Origin: Gammaproteobacteria bacterium
GTDB lineage: Bacteria > Pseudomonadota > Gammaproteobacteria > Ga0077536
Assembly: GCA_020849475.1 (NCBI GenBank)
Contig: JADLGE010000001.1
Coordinates: 25,001 to 89,000 of the forward strand
Reading direction: 5' to 3'
DNA: 64,000 bases
A model generated the notes under the pieces. It did no database searches. It was not told the DNA's origin and was given only the letters and a program-made list of their open reading frames with translations. How positions within the stretch are numbered: position 1 is the first letter of the stretch; each line of letters starts with the position of its first letter. The translations under genes were made by a program, and so were the position numbers. Below are positions 47,956 to 58,434 of this stretch, in pieces.

Positions 47956-49110
47956 ATGTCCGATACCCCAAGCAACCTGCCGAAACCGAAGAAGTCGGTC
48001 GCCCTGTCCGGCACCGCCGCCGGCAACACCGCGCTGTGCACCGTCGGCCGCAGCGGCAACGATCTGCATTACCGCGGCTTCGACATTCTCGACCTCGCGA
48101 CCACCTGCGAATTCGAGGAAATCGCGCACCTGCTGGTGCACGGCAAGTTGCCGAACGTGGCCGAGCTCGCCGGCTACAAGGCCAAGTTGAAGGCGCTGCG
48201 CGGTCTGCCGGCGGCGCTGAAAGCGGCGCTCGAAGAACTGCCGCCCTATGCCCATCCGATGGACGTGATGCGCACTGGCGTGTCGGTGCTGGGTTGTCTG
48301 TCGCCGGAGAAGGACGATCACAACCATCCTGGCGCGCGCGACATCGCCGACAAGCTCATGGCGTCTCTCGGTTCCATGCTGCTGTACTGGTACCACTACA
48401 GCCATAACGGCAAGCGCATCGATGTCGAAACCGATGACGATTCCATCGGCGGCCATTTCCTGCATCTCTTGCACGGTGAAAAGCCGCGCGACAGCTGGGT
48501 GCGCGCCATGCACACCTCGCTCATTCTCTACGCCGAGCATGAATTCAACGCCTCGACCTTCACCTCGCGCGTGGTGGCCGGCACGGGTTCAGACATGTTC
48601 TCGGCCATCTGCGGCGGCATCGGCGCGTTGCGCGGCCCCAAGCACGGCGGCGCCAACGAAGTGGCGTTCGAGATCCAGAAGCGCTACGACAACCCGGACG
48701 AGGCGGAAGCCGACATCCGCGCCCGCGTCGAGAAGAAGGAAGTCGTGATCGGCTTCGGTCACCCGGTGTACACGGTCTCCGATCCGCGTAACAAGGTCAT
48801 CAAGGAAGTGTCGCGCCAGCTCTCGGCGGAAGAAAAAAACATGAAGATGTACGACATCGCCGAGCGTCTGGAATCGGTGATGTGGGAAGTGAAGAAGATG
48901 TTCCCCAACCTCGACTGGTTCAGCGCCGTCAGCTACCACATGATGGGCGTGCCGACCGCGATGTTCACGCCGCTGTTCGTCATCGCGCGCACCTCCGGCT
49001 GGTCGGCGCACGTCATCGAACAGCGCATCGACGGCAAGATCATCCGCCCCAGCGCGAACTACAACGGTCCGGAAGATCAGAAGTTCGTGGCCTTGAAGGA
49101 CCGCAAGTAA
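47956..49110 (+). CDS. prpC: 2-methylcitrate synthase
   Basis: Citrate synthase family (GFGHPVY, HxxHE-like residues), about 384 aa. Confidence 0.9.
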   Translation: MSDTPSNLPKPKKSVALSGTAAGNTALCTVGRSGNDLHYRGFDILDLATTCEFEEIAHLLVHGKLPNVAELAGYKAKLKALRGLPAALKAALEELPPYAHPMDVMRTGVSVLGCLSPEKDDHNHPGARDIADKLMASLGSMLLYWYHYSHNGKRIDVETDDDSIGGHFLHLLHGEKPRDSWVRAMHTSLILYAEHEFNASTFTSRVVAGTGSDMFSAICGGIGALRGPKHGGANEVAFEIQKRYDNPDEAEADIRARVEKKEVVIGFGHPVYTVSDPRNKVIKEVSRQLSAEEKNMKMYDIAERLESVMWEVKKMFPNLDWFSAVSYHMMGVPTAMFTPLFVIARTSGWSAHVIEQRIDGKIIRPSANYNGPEDQKFVALKDRK

Positions 49111-49128
49111 CGAGAGCGACAGGCAATC

Positions 49129-51723
49129 ATGAACTCGCAATACCGCAAACCACTGCCGGGCACCGCGCTCGATTACTTTGACGCGCGTGCCGCGGTCAAC
49201 GACATCAAGGCCGGCGCCTGGGACAAGCTGCCCTACACCGCGCGCGTGCACGCCGAAAACATCGTGCGGCGCGCCGATCCGGCCATCATCAAGGACTGCC
49301 TGACGCAGATTATCGAGGTCAAGCGCGAGCTCGACTTTCCGTGGTTTCCGGCGCGTGTGGTGTGTCACGACATCCTCGGCCAGACCGCACTGGTCGATCT
49401 GGCCGGCCTGCGTGACGCCATCGCGGACCAGGGCGGCGACCCCGCCAAGGTCAACCCGGTGGTGCCGGTGCAGTTGATTGTCGATCACTCGCTGGCCGTC
49501 GAATGCGGCGGCTTCGATCCCCAGGCGTTCGACAAGAACCGCGCCATCGAAGACCGACGCAATGAAGACCGCTTCCACTTCATTGACTGGACCAAGCGCG
49601 CGTTTGACAACATGGTGGTCATTCCCGCGGGCAACGGCATCATGCACCAGATCAATCTGGAGAAGATGTCGCCGGTGATCCACGCCCAGGATGGCGTGGC
49701 CTTCCCGGATACCTGCGTCGGCACCGACAGTCACACCCCGCATGTCGATGCGCTGGGTGTGATCGCGGTCGGCGTGGGCGGTCTCGAAGCGGAGAACGTG
49801 ATGCTCGGTCGCGCATCGTGGATGCGTTTGCCGGAAATCGTCGGTGTGGAACTGACGGGTAAACTCAAGGAAGGCATCACCGCCACGGATCTCGTGCTGT
49901 CACTCACCGAGTTCCTGCGCAAATCCAAGGTGGTCGGCGCCTATCTCGAATTTCATGGTGCGGGCGCGGCTTCATTGTCGCTCGGTGATCGCGCGACCAT
50001 CTCCAACATGGCGCCGGAGTACGGCGCCACCGCGGCGATGTTCTCCATCGATCAGCAGACCCTGGACTACCTGACCTTGACCGGCCGCTCGGCCGAACAG
50101 GTCAAACTGGTCGAGACCTACGCCAAGCAGGCGGGCCTGTGGTCCGACAGCTTGAAGGGCGCGGTTTACGAGCGCTCCTTGAGCTTCGATTTGTCGACCG
50201 TGGTGCGCACCATGGCCGGCCCGAGCAATCCCCATGCGCGCGTATCGGTCAGCGAACTCGCGAGCAAGGGCATTGCCGGTCAATGGCAGGAGACGCCTGG
50301 GCAGATGCCCGATGGCGCCGTCATCATCGCCGCCATCACGAGCTGCACCAATACTTCCAATCCGCGCAACGTGATTGCGGCGGGCCTCCTGGCACGCAAC
50401 GCCAATCGCCTGGGTCTGGTGCGTAAACCGTGGGTCAAGAGTTCCTTGGCGCCGGGCTCGAAGACCGTCGCACTGTATCTCGAAGAAGCGGGCTTGAAGG
50501 CCGAACTCGAGAAGCTCGGCTTCGGCATCGTGGCGTTTGCCTGCACCACCTGTAACGGCATGTCGGGCGCGCTCGATCCGAAAATCCAGCAGGAGATCAT
50601 CGAGCGTGATCTCTATGCCACGGCGGTGCTGTCGGGTAACCGCAATTTCGATGGCCGCATCCATCCCTATGCCAAGCAGGCGTTTCTCGCCTCGCCACCG
50701 CTGGTGGTGGCCTATGCGCTGGCCGGCACCATCCGTTTCGACATCGAGAAGGATTCGTTTGGCAACGATGCCAATGGCAAGCCCATCATGCTGAAAGACC
50801 TGTGGCCGTCCGATGCCGAAGTCGACGCGCTGGTCGCCAAGAGCGTCAAGCCGGATCAATTCCGCAAGGTTTACATCCCGATGTTCGAAGACAAGGGCGG
50901 CGCCGCCGAGAAGGTCAAGCCGCTCTACGACTGGCGTGCACCGAGCACCTACATCCGTCGTCCGCCCTACTGGGAAGGCGCCTTGGCAGGCGAGCGCACG
51001 CTGAAAGGCATGCGCCCGCTGGCGCTCTTGCCGGACAACATCACGACCGATCACCTGTCACCGTCGAACGCCATCCTGCTGGACAGCGCCGCCGGTGAAT
51101 ACCTCGCGAAAATGGGCTTGCCGGAGGAAGACTTCAATTCCTACGCCACCCATCGCGGCGATCATCTGACCGCGCAGCGTGCGACCTTCGCCAACCCGCA
51201 GTTGGTGAACGAGATGGCGATTGTCGACGGCAAGGTCAAGAAGGGTTCGCTTGCGCGCGTCGAGCCGGAAGGCCGGGTGATGCGCATGTGGGAAGCGATT
51301 GAGACCTACATGAATCGCAAGCAGCCGCTCATCATCATTGCCGGCGCCGACTACGGCCAGGGCAGTTCGCGTGACTGGGCGGCCAAGGGCGTACGTCTCG
51401 CGGGCGTGGAGACCATCGTTGCCGAAGGCTTCGAGCGCATCCATCGCACCAACCTCATCGGCATGGGCGTGCTGCCCCTGGAGTTCAAGGCCGGCGTCAA
51501 TCGCAAAACCCTGAACCTCGACGGCACCGAGACTTACGACGTCGAAGGCGCACGCACGCCGCGCGCCGATCTGACGCTGGTCATCCATCGCAAGAATGGC
51601 GAGACCGTGCGTGTGCCGGTGACCTGCCGCCTGGATACGGCGGAAGAGGTGTCGGTATACGAAGCAGGCGGTGTCTTGCAGCGTTTCGCGCAGGACTTCC
51701 TCGCGTCCAATACGGCGGCCTGA
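49129..51723 (+). CDS. acnD: Fe/S-dependent 2-methylisocitrate dehydratase AcnD (aconitase family)
   Basis: 864 aa aconitase-family protein with Fe-S cysteine cluster motifs, followed by prpF. Confidence 0.9.
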   Translation: MNSQYRKPLPGTALDYFDARAAVNDIKAGAWDKLPYTARVHAENIVRRADPAIIKDCLTQIIEVKRELDFPWFPARVVCHDILGQTALVDLAGLRDAIADQGGDPAKVNPVVPVQLIVDHSLAVECGGFDPQAFDKNRAIEDRRNEDRFHFIDWTKRAFDNMVVIPAGNGIMHQINLEKMSPVIHAQDGVAFPDTCVGTDSHTPHVDALGVIAVGVGGLEAENVMLGRASWMRLPEIVGVELTGKLKEGITATDLVLSLTEFLRKSKVVGAYLEFHGAGAASLSLGDRATISNMAPEYGATAAMFSIDQQTLDYLTLTGRSAEQVKLVETYAKQAGLWSDSLKGAVYERSLSFDLSTVVRTMAGPSNPHARVSVSELASKGIAGQWQETPGQMPDGAVIIAAITSCTNTSNPRNVIAAGLLARNANRLGLVRKPWVKSSLAPGSKTVALYLEEAGLKAELEKLGFGIVAFACTTCNGMSGALDPKIQQEIIERDLYATAVLSGNRNFDGRIHPYAKQAFLASPPLVVAYALAGTIRFDIEKDSFGNDANGKPIMLKDLWPSDAEVDALVAKSVKPDQFRKVYIPMFEDKGGAAEKVKPLYDWRAPSTYIRRPPYWEGALAGERTLKGMRPLALLPDNITTDHLSPSNAILLDSAAGEYLAKMGLPEEDFNSYATHRGDHLTAQRATFANPQLVNEMAIVDGKVKKGSLARVEPEGRVMRMWEAIETYMNRKQPLIIIAGADYGQGSSRDWAAKGVRLAGVETIVAEGFERIHRTNLIGMGVLPLEFKAGVNRKTLNLDGTETYDVEGARTPRADLTLVIHRKNGETVRVPVTCRLDTAEEVSVYEAGGVLQRFAQDFLASNTAA

Positions 51724-51809
51724 TCTTAAAGGCCCTTGCGTCACCTACGACGCATGCTCCGAGGCGGTACGGCGACGCACCGCCTCGTTCATTTCAGGAG
51801 AGCGATTTC

Positions 51810-53003
51810 ATGGCACACGTCCCCCAGGTAAAAATTCCAGCCACCTACATGCGCGGCGGCACCAGCAAAGGGGTGTTCTTTCGGCTTCAAGATCTGCCCG
51901 AGCGCTGCCAGCAGCCCGGCGAAGCGCGCGACAAGCTCCTGCTCCGCGTCATTGGCAGCCCCGACCCCTACGGCAAGCAGATCGACGGCATGGGCGGGGC
52001 GACCTCCAGCACCAGCAAGACCGTGATCCTGGCGAAAAGCTCGAAACCCGATCACGACGTCGATTATCTTTTCGGGCAAGTCTCGATAGACAAAGCCTTC
52101 GTCGATTGGAGCGGCAACTGCGGCAACCTGTCAGCGGCGGTCGGCGCCTTTGCCATCAGCAATGGCCTGGTCGATGCGGCGCGCATCCCGCGCGACGGCA
52201 TCTGCACGGTGCGCATCTGGCAGGCGAATATTTCCAAGACCATCATCGGCCATGTGCCGATGAGCAATGGTGAAGTACAGGAAACCGGCGACTTCGAACT
52301 CGACGGCGTAACCTTCCCGGCCGCCGAAGTGCAGCTCGAATTCATTGACCCGGCGGACGAGGGCGAAGGTGAGGGTGGCGGCGCAATGTTCCCGACCGGC
52401 AACCTCGTCGATGAGCTCGAAGTGCCCGGCGTTGGCACCTTCAAGGCCACCATGATCAATGCCGGCATTCCCACCGTTTTTGTCGAGGCCGAAGCCATCG
52501 GCTACACCGGCACCGAACTGCAGGACGCCATCAACGGCGATGCCAAGGCGCTCGCCATGTTTGAAACCATGCGTGCCTATGGCGCGCTGCGCATGGGTCT
52601 GATCAAGGACGTTGCCGAGGCGGCCAAGCGCCAGCACACGCCGAAGATTGCCTTCGTATCGAAACCCAAGGACTACGTGTCTTCGAGCGGCAAGCCGGTC
52701 ACTGCGGGGGATGTCGATCTCTTGGTACGTGCCTTGTCGATGGGCAAGCTCCATCACGCCATGATGGGCACGGCGGCCGTCGCCATCGGCACCGCCGCGG
52801 CCATTCCCGGCACGCTGGTCAATCTTGCGGCCGGCGGCAAGGAGCGCAACCAGGTGCGCTTCGGTCATCCTTCCGGCACGCTGCGCGTGGGCGCCGAAGC
52901 AACGCAGAACAACGGCGAGTGGACGGTCACCAAGGCCATCATGAGCCGCAGCGCGCGAGTGCTCATGGAAGGTTTTGTGCGCGTGCCGGGCGACGCGTTC
53001 TAG
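51810..53003 (+). CDS. prpF: 2-methylaconitate cis-trans isomerase PrpF
   Basis: MAHVPQVKIPATYMRGGTSKGVFF N-terminus and PrpF/AcnD-accessory family membership. Confidence 0.9.
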   Translation: MAHVPQVKIPATYMRGGTSKGVFFRLQDLPERCQQPGEARDKLLLRVIGSPDPYGKQIDGMGGATSSTSKTVILAKSSKPDHDVDYLFGQVSIDKAFVDWSGNCGNLSAAVGAFAISNGLVDAARIPRDGICTVRIWQANISKTIIGHVPMSNGEVQETGDFELDGVTFPAAEVQLEFIDPADEGEGEGGGAMFPTGNLVDELEVPGVGTFKATMINAGIPTVFVEAEAIGYTGTELQDAINGDAKALAMFETMRAYGALRMGLIKDVAEAAKRQHTPKIAFVSKPKDYVSSSGKPVTAGDVDLLVRALSMGKLHHAMMGTAAVAIGTAAAIPGTLVNLAAGGKERNQVRFGHPSGTLRVGAEATQNNGEWTVTKAIMSRSARVLMEGFVRVPGDAF

Positions 53004-53012
53004 TGAGTTGCT

Positions 53013-53046
53013 GACATTGCCCGCGCGCGCGGGCAATGACATTTTG
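53013..53046 (+). terminator. Rho-independent terminator after prpF
   Basis: 24-bp perfect palindrome CATTGCCCGCGCGCGCGGGCAATG followed by ACATTTTGTG. Confidence 0.55.
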
Positions 53047-53135
53047 TGACGCGCCTCTCGTAAGCAAGGGCGGGATGTCATTTCTCACTCTGATAAATTT
53101 TCCTCAAGAATCATAAGGATTCAGGGAGGGAAATC

Positions 53136-54149
53136 ATGTCGAATTTTCGCGGCTTTTCATGGGCGTTCAGCCTCGTCGCCGCTCTCGTGGCCCCGGCGGC
53201 ATTCGCCGACGGCACCATTACTTGGGAGTGGGATGCCCGCCAGCAGACCTCCGGCGCCATCGTCGTGCAGGACAGCGGATCGCTCCTCACCACGCCGGCG
53301 GTCGGTTCGATCACGCTCGATGAACCCCGCGCATTCGTGTCCGCCATCGGACCACTGACCACCAGCCTCGAATTCCAGGTCGATGGCCATATCGACACTC
53401 CCACGCGTTCTGTCGGCGTGGGAGCGGAAATTGTTGCCAAGGAAACACCGTGGGACGAGCGCAGTCCGCCGCGGATTCCGAGTCGCCGTGTGGCCAGAGC
53501 GAATGTTCGTGCGGAGCTGCGCGATATCGTTGATGTGTTCAGCGTCACCGGCATGCTTGGTGCGCTTGGCGAGACCAACTTTGTCAGTGGCGCCTTGCGA
53601 CCCTCTAAGTTCGACGGCACCTTGTTCGCCCCCGCCATCGTTCCCGGCGCGGGCTTTAGCTTCTCGGAAATCAAACTTGAGTTCGGGGTATACGAAATAC
53701 TCGACGACGATACCCTGGACGAAAAATTCGCCAAGTCCTTCATCAAGACCATCACCAGCGAAGCAGGTGGCGACTTCATCCAATTCAACAGCTTTCTCGA
53801 TCAAAACCTGGGTGACCCACTGGGCAGCAGCCGCATCCCTCTGAAAAACGGTAGCAGCAACCTGATTGTCGTCACCATGCAAGCCATGGTCGAACTCACT
53901 GGCACACCGTTCCCCGCCAGCGATCCGAGCCGCCTGGTGGCTAACTCGTCATTCAACAACACCTTCAGCTTCGGCGGCTTGTTTGACTTCAAGGATGCAA
54001 ACGGCAATGCACTGAACGACGTCACCTTCACCAGCCACAGTGGCATGGACTGGTTATCACCCTTGTCAGTACCGCTGCCCGGTTCCCTTGCGATGCTGAT
54101 CGGCAGCCTGCCGCTCCTTGCAGCGGCGACGCGCCGTCGGCGACACTGA
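53136..54149 (+). CDS. Secreted protein of unknown function with N-terminal signal peptide and PEP-CTERM-like C-terminal sorting tail
   Basis: Signal peptide MSNFRGFSWAFSLVAALVAPAAFA|DG. C-terminus VPLPGSLAMLIGSLPLLAAATRRRRH has the PEP-CTERM arrangement (hydrophobic P-x-P motif, TM helix, Arg cluster). Strong RBS CAGGGAGGG. Confidence 0.6.
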   Translation: MSNFRGFSWAFSLVAALVAPAAFADGTITWEWDARQQTSGAIVVQDSGSLLTTPAVGSITLDEPRAFVSAIGPLTTSLEFQVDGHIDTPTRSVGVGAEIVAKETPWDERSPPRIPSRRVARANVRAELRDIVDVFSVTGMLGALGETNFVSGALRPSKFDGTLFAPAIVPGAGFSFSEIKLEFGVYEILDDDTLDEKFAKSFIKTITSEAGGDFIQFNSFLDQNLGDPLGSSRIPLKNGSSNLIVVTMQAMVELTGTPFPASDPSRLVANSSFNNTFSFGGLFDFKDANGNALNDVTFTSHSGMDWLSPLSVPLPGSLAMLIGSLPLLAAATRRRRH

Positions 54150-54178
54150 GGCGGTAATCAACTCGGCAGGTCAATGCG

Positions 54179-55129
54179 ATGGGACTACTGGTCGACGGCG
54201 TCTGGCATGACCAGTGGTATGACACCCGCGCCAGCGGCGGCCGCTTCATTCGCAGCGAAGCGCAGTTCCGCCACTGGATAACGCCCGACGGCGCGGCGGG
54301 GCCGACGGGTGAGGGCGGGTTTGCCGCGGAGCGCGGCCGCTATCACCTGTATGTCGGGCTGGCCTGTCCGTGGGCGCATCGCACGCTGATCTTTCGTCAT
54401 TTGAAAGGCCTCACCGAGCACATCTCGCTGTCGGTCGTGCACTGGTACATGGCCGAACATGGCTGGACATTCGAGCCGGGGGAGGGCGTGGCTGGCGACC
54501 CGATACACCGTGCGCGTTTTCTGCACGAGGTATACACGGCGGCGCAGCCCGGCTATTCGGGGCGCGTGACGATTCCGGTGCTGTGGGACAAGCACCGCGG
54601 CGTTATCGTCAACAACGAATCCTCGGAAATCATCCGCATGCTCAATTCCGCTTTCGATGAGTGCGGGGCCGCGGCGGGTGATTACTACCCGCAGGCCTTG
54701 CGCGCCGATATCGATGCGGTCAACGCGCGTGTCTATGAGACCGTCAACAACGGCGTGTACCGCGCCGGCTTCGCCACCAGCCAGGCGGCCTACGACGAAG
54801 CAGTGCTGAGTCTGTTTGAAACGCTGGACTGGCTGGAAGCGCGGCTCGAGGGCCAGCGCTATCTATGCGCAGATCAGCTCACGGAAGCCGACTGGCGACT
54901 GTTCACCACGCTTATCCGCTTCGACGCCGTCTATCACTTTCACTTCAAATGTAATTTGAAGCGTATTCGCGACTATCCGCGCCTGCACGCCCTGATGATG
55001 CGGCTATACGAACTGCCCGGCATTGCCGAGACCGTCAATCTCGAGCACATCAAGGGCCATTACTTCGCCAGTCACAAGACCATCAATCCGACCGGCATCA
55101 TTCCGCGCGGTCCTTTGACGCCGTTCTGA
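54179..55129 (+). CDS. yqjG: Glutathionyl-hydroquinone reductase (GST Xi class, YqjG/ECM4)
   Basis: YHLYVGLACPWAHRT CPWA active-site motif typical of Xi-class GST, about 316 aa. Confidence 0.8.
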   Translation: MGLLVDGVWHDQWYDTRASGGRFIRSEAQFRHWITPDGAAGPTGEGGFAAERGRYHLYVGLACPWAHRTLIFRHLKGLTEHISLSVVHWYMAEHGWTFEPGEGVAGDPIHRARFLHEVYTAAQPGYSGRVTIPVLWDKHRGVIVNNESSEIIRMLNSAFDECGAAAGDYYPQALRADIDAVNARVYETVNNGVYRAGFATSQAAYDEAVLSLFETLDWLEARLEGQRYLCADQLTEADWRLFTTLIRFDAVYHFHFKCNLKRIRDYPRLHALMMRLYELPGIAETVNLEHIKGHYFASHKTINPTGIIPRGPLTPF

Positions 55130-55141
55130 GCGGCGCGCGTC

Positions 55142-55591
55142 TCAGCGGCTGGCGGCAAGGCCCGCCTGCAACTTCGGCGCGGCGGGCTTGATCACGAGAT
55201 CTTTCAGTACGAAGCCCGCGAACATCGCGCCGACGAATACCATCACGTCGACCGAACCACTGGCCAAAGCCACCAGTGCCGGGCCCGGACAGAATCCGGC
55301 CAGTCCCCAGCCGGCGCCAAACAAGGTCGCGCCCAGCAGCAGTTGCCAGTCGATGTCGCGGCGCGTGGGAACATCGAAGCGTGCGGCGAGGAGGGGATGG
55401 GGCCGCCCCACCGCCAGTCTGTAACCAACGAAATTCACCATCACCGCGCCGCCCATCACGAACATCAGGGCCGGGTCCCAGGCGCCGAAGAGGTCGAGAA
55501 AGCCGACCACTTTGGCGGGCTGGGTCATGCCCGAAATGCCGAGCCCGATGGCGAACAGCGCGCCAAGTGCAAAGAAGCTCACGAGTCTCAC
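55142..55591 (-). CDS. YeeE/YedE-family half-transporter (sulfur-compound transport)
   Basis: Small polytopic membrane protein with GFCPG-type motif (GFCPGPAL). GTG start overlapping the stop of the upstream paralog; the track ORF is extended to 55699. Confidence 0.65.
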   Translation of the reverse strand: MRLVSFFALGALFAIGLGISGMTQPAKVVGFLDLFGAWDPALMFVMGGAVMVNFVGYRLAVGRPHPLLAARFDVPTRRDIDWQLLLGATLFGAGWGLAGFCPGPALVALASGSVDVMVFVGAMFAGFVLKDLVIKPAAPKLQAGLAASR

Positions 55592-56028
55592 GACAGACCT
55601 CCCAGCACATGGCGAATGACGAAGACCGTGGCAAACCCCGCGGCCATGAATACGCCCGTCGCCACCAGCGAACGTGGTGACAGGCGGGCCATGCCGCATA
55701 CGCCGTGACCGCTGGTACAGCCGCCGCCGAGACGCGTGCCGAAGCCGACCGCGAGTCCCGCCAGTGCCAACACCCCGTGATTGCTGGTCAGCGCACCCGG
55801 CAGCGCCTGTGGAATGACTCGTCCGATGGCAAGGCCACCCACCAGCATGCCGAGCAGGAAAGCGCCACGCAGCAGGCGTTCACTGCCGGAAGTGCCTGCG
55901 GCTATCATGCCGGCGGCAATGCCGCTGACGCCCAGAATACGTCCGTTCACCGCCAGCATCAGTGCCGCGGCGAGTCCAATCACGGCGCCGCCCACAAGGG
56001 CGGCGGGAATGCTTCCAGGCTCAATCAT
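55588..56028 (-). CDS. YeeE/YedE-family half-transporter (sulfur-compound transport)
   Basis: 146 aa with four predicted TM helices and the GGCTSGHG motif characteristic of YeeE/YedE. Confidence 0.7.
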   Translation of the reverse strand: MIEPGSIPAALVGGAVIGLAAALMLAVNGRILGVSGIAAGMIAAGTSGSERLLRGAFLLGMLVGGLAIGRVIPQALPGALTSNHGVLALAGLAVGFGTRLGGGCTSGHGVCGMARLSPRSLVATGVFMAAGFATVFVIRHVLGGLS

Positions 56029-56037
56029 CGCGACCTC

Positions 56038-57273
56038 TCAAAACGCTTTAAGGTGGGATTCCGGCATCAGCCACGGCCACTTGCGTCCGGCAATCAGGCC
56101 TTTCCAATAGATGTAGGGCAGGATGTATTTTTTGAGCAGATACATGCTCAAGCGCTCCTTGCCCTGATCAAACGGAAAGGTCTCCTGCGGGTTCAACTCG
56201 TAATCGAACTCGGCAAGGATCAGACGGCCGTAGCCGGTAACCAGCGGACAGGACGTGTAACCGTCATACTTCTCGCCCAGCGCACGACCATTCATGGTCG
56301 CGACCAGATTGAAAATCAACACCGGCAATTGCGCGCGCACCGCGGCGGCGGTCTTGGAGGTCGGGCAACTGCTCGAATCGCCAAGACTGAATACGTTCGG
56401 GTAGCGCGTGTGCTGCAGCGTGCCCTTGTCGACTTCGACAAAGCCCGCTTCGTTGGCCAAGGGGCTGCTGCTGACCACCTGCGGCGCGCTCATCTGCGGC
56501 GTGATGTGCAGCATCTCGTATTTCTCGGTACGGGTTTCGCCGCTCTTGGTGTGCTCGAAATTGGCTTCGTGCGCCACCGCGTCGACCGCTTTCAGCTTCC
56601 AGGCAAACTGCGTGTCGATGCTGCGCTTGGCGCAGATTTCGTTGAGCGCGGCGGCGTATTTCTTGACCGCGAAAATGCTGTCGCCCGCGCAGCGATAGGA
56701 CACCGTGACCTGGTTGCGCACGCCGCTGCGACGGAAATGATCTTCGGCGAGGTACATGATTTTCTGCGGGGCGCCGGCGCATTTGATCGGCGGCGGCGGG
56801 AACGTGAACATCGCCACGCCATGCTTCAAATTGCGGATGTTTTCCCAGGTCGACGGCACACTGTCATAGCTGTAGTTGCTGCAGATGCCGTGCTTGCCGA
56901 GATTGCCCTTCAATCCGTCTATCTTGTCCCAGTCGAGCTTGAGGCCCGTGGCCACGATCAGATAGTCGTAATCGATACGCCGCCCCGAGACCGTCAGCAG
57001 GTGGTTGTCGTGAGGGACGAATTCGGCGCAGCCTTCGTTGATCCAGTTGATGCCTTCGGGCACCAGTTCCGCCATCGGGCGGCGCGTGACTTCGCGCGGA
57101 AACAAGCCGGCGCCGACCATCGTCCACTGCGGCTGGTAGTAGTGATATTCGGAAGGCTCCAGGAGAGTGATGTCGAGTTTGTCCCGGCCCGGAAGTTGAT
57201 CGAGAGCCGATACCGCGGCCATTCCCCCGGTGCCGCCCCCAACCACTACGATTCGCGTCTTGTTGTTCTGCAT
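56038..57273 (-). CDS. sqr: Sulfide:quinone oxidoreductase, type II (SQRDL-like)
   Basis: VVVGGGTGG FAD motif, KCAGAPQK and YTSCPLVTGYGR motifs, strong overall similarity to eukaryotic-type SQR. Start at MQNNKTRIVVVGGG. Confidence 0.85.
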   Translation of the reverse strand: MQNNKTRIVVVGGGTGGMAAVSALDQLPGRDKLDITLLEPSEYHYYQPQWTMVGAGLFPREVTRRPMAELVPEGINWINEGCAEFVPHDNHLLTVSGRRIDYDYLIVATGLKLDWDKIDGLKGNLGKHGICSNYSYDSVPSTWENIRNLKHGVAMFTFPPPPIKCAGAPQKIMYLAEDHFRRSGVRNQVTVSYRCAGDSIFAVKKYAAALNEICAKRSIDTQFAWKLKAVDAVAHEANFEHTKSGETRTEKYEMLHITPQMSAPQVVSSSPLANEAGFVEVDKGTLQHTRYPNVFSLGDSSSCPTSKTAAAVRAQLPVLIFNLVATMNGRALGEKYDGYTSCPLVTGYGRLILAEFDYELNPQETFPFDQGKERLSMYLLKKYILPYIYWKGLIAGRKWPWLMPESHLKAF

Positions 57274-57313
57274 GATGCTCTCCGGCGAGCGCGCGCTTGC
57301 TGCTGTCGTCCTG

Positions 57314-58219
57314 TCAGTGCAGCGGTTGAGCGGCGGCGCCATTTCTTAACATTTTGGCCACCGGCGGAATCAGCGAGATCGCTCCCACACAGAGGATCCC
57401 GGCGCCGGCGATGAATCGATCGGCAGCAAACACCCGCGCCAGCAGGCCGCTGCCTTCGATGCAAATCAGTATAGCCGCGACGAGCAGTACGAAGACGCCG
57501 AAACCACGTTGCAGTTGCGTGGGAGACACGCGCCGCGCCAGACGCGCGCCGACCAGCGTGCCGGCAATACTGAGCACGCTAATGACGGTGGCTGAATCAA
57601 CATCCAGGGGCACGTGGGAAGTCAGCGCGTAGCTGGCAATGCCGGCGCCACAGTTCATGACGATGACCAACAGTGAGGTGCCGATTGCGGTATGCATGGG
57701 CAAGCCTCCCAGCAAAGCCAATGCTGGCACCACCAGAAAGCCGCCGCCGGCGCCGACCAGACCGGTGACCATGCCGACGCCAAAACCGTCGGCGAGTACG
57801 CGTTGAATGCGCCGCTCAGCAGGTGCGGCGGCATGGGCGACGCTCTTGGCAGCGCAGCTCCGACGCAGCATGGCCAGACCACTGCTGACCATCACGCTCG
57901 CGAACAGCAACAACAAAAAGGCATCGGCAAGATGCTGCGCGAGGGCGCCGCCGGCATAGGCGCCGACCATGCCCGCCAGTCCGAATATGACGCCGGTGCG
58001 CCACGCGACGCGCCCGGCGCGCGAATGGGACAGCAGGGCTGCGAGCGAAGTCACGCCGACTATCAGCATCGACGTGACGATGGCGACCTTGGCATCGAGG
58101 CCGACGACATACACCAGCAACGGCACCGTAAGTATCGAGCCACCGCCGCCGGTCAGGCCCAGCAGAATGCCGATGGTCAGTCCGGCTGCAATTATCTCGA
58201 TGGCCGCGAGCGACAGCAT
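57314..58219 (-). CDS. TauE/SafE-family sulfite exporter
   Basis: DUF81/TauE internal repeat with GxGGG motifs (GLTGGGGSI, GLVGAGGGF). Start uncertain (58219 or 58252; the track extends to 58501). Confidence 0.75.
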   Translation of the reverse strand: MLSLAAIEIIAAGLTIGILLGLTGGGGSILTVPLLVYVVGLDAKVAIVTSMLIVGVTSLAALLSHSRAGRVAWRTGVIFGLAGMVGAYAGGALAQHLADAFLLLLFASVMVSSGLAMLRRSCAAKSVAHAAAPAERRIQRVLADGFGVGMVTGLVGAGGGFLVVPALALLGGLPMHTAIGTSLLVIVMNCGAGIASYALTSHVPLDVDSATVISVLSIAGTLVGARLARRVSPTQLQRGFGVFVLLVAAILICIEGSGLLARVFAADRFIAGAGILCVGAISLIPPVAKMLRNGAAAQPLH

Positions 58220-58416
58220 GGATTTGCGTTCGATTGAAACTGCGCCAAGCATATGTGGCCATATCGAATAAGTTAATACCCTGAGGTTATAAAAATTGAT
58301 CGAGGTCGTGGACGATGCCGCGATGCGAATGACGGCGTCACGGAGGTCGGTACGCCCAGGTTGGCACCAGCGGAGATCGAGCAGACACGGCGCCTGCCCT
58401 GCGCTTCTTTGAGTGC

Positions 58417-58434
58417 ACATAATGTATATTATGT
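58417..58434. promoter_or_regulatory. AT-rich palindrome ACATAATGTATATTATGT in the promoter region of the tauE-sqr-yeeE operon
   Basis: Perfect 7-bp arms around a 4-bp centre inside an AT-rich island in otherwise 66% GC DNA, about 200 bp upstream of tauE. Candidate operator for a sulfide-responsive repressor encoded elsewhere. Confidence 0.3.

Noticed and set aside
48589-51054. 384- and 360-aa minus-strand ORFs
   Set aside because: Antisense to prpC and acnD.
55705-57414. 569-aa plus-strand ORF
   Set aside because: Antisense to the sqr and yeeE genes.
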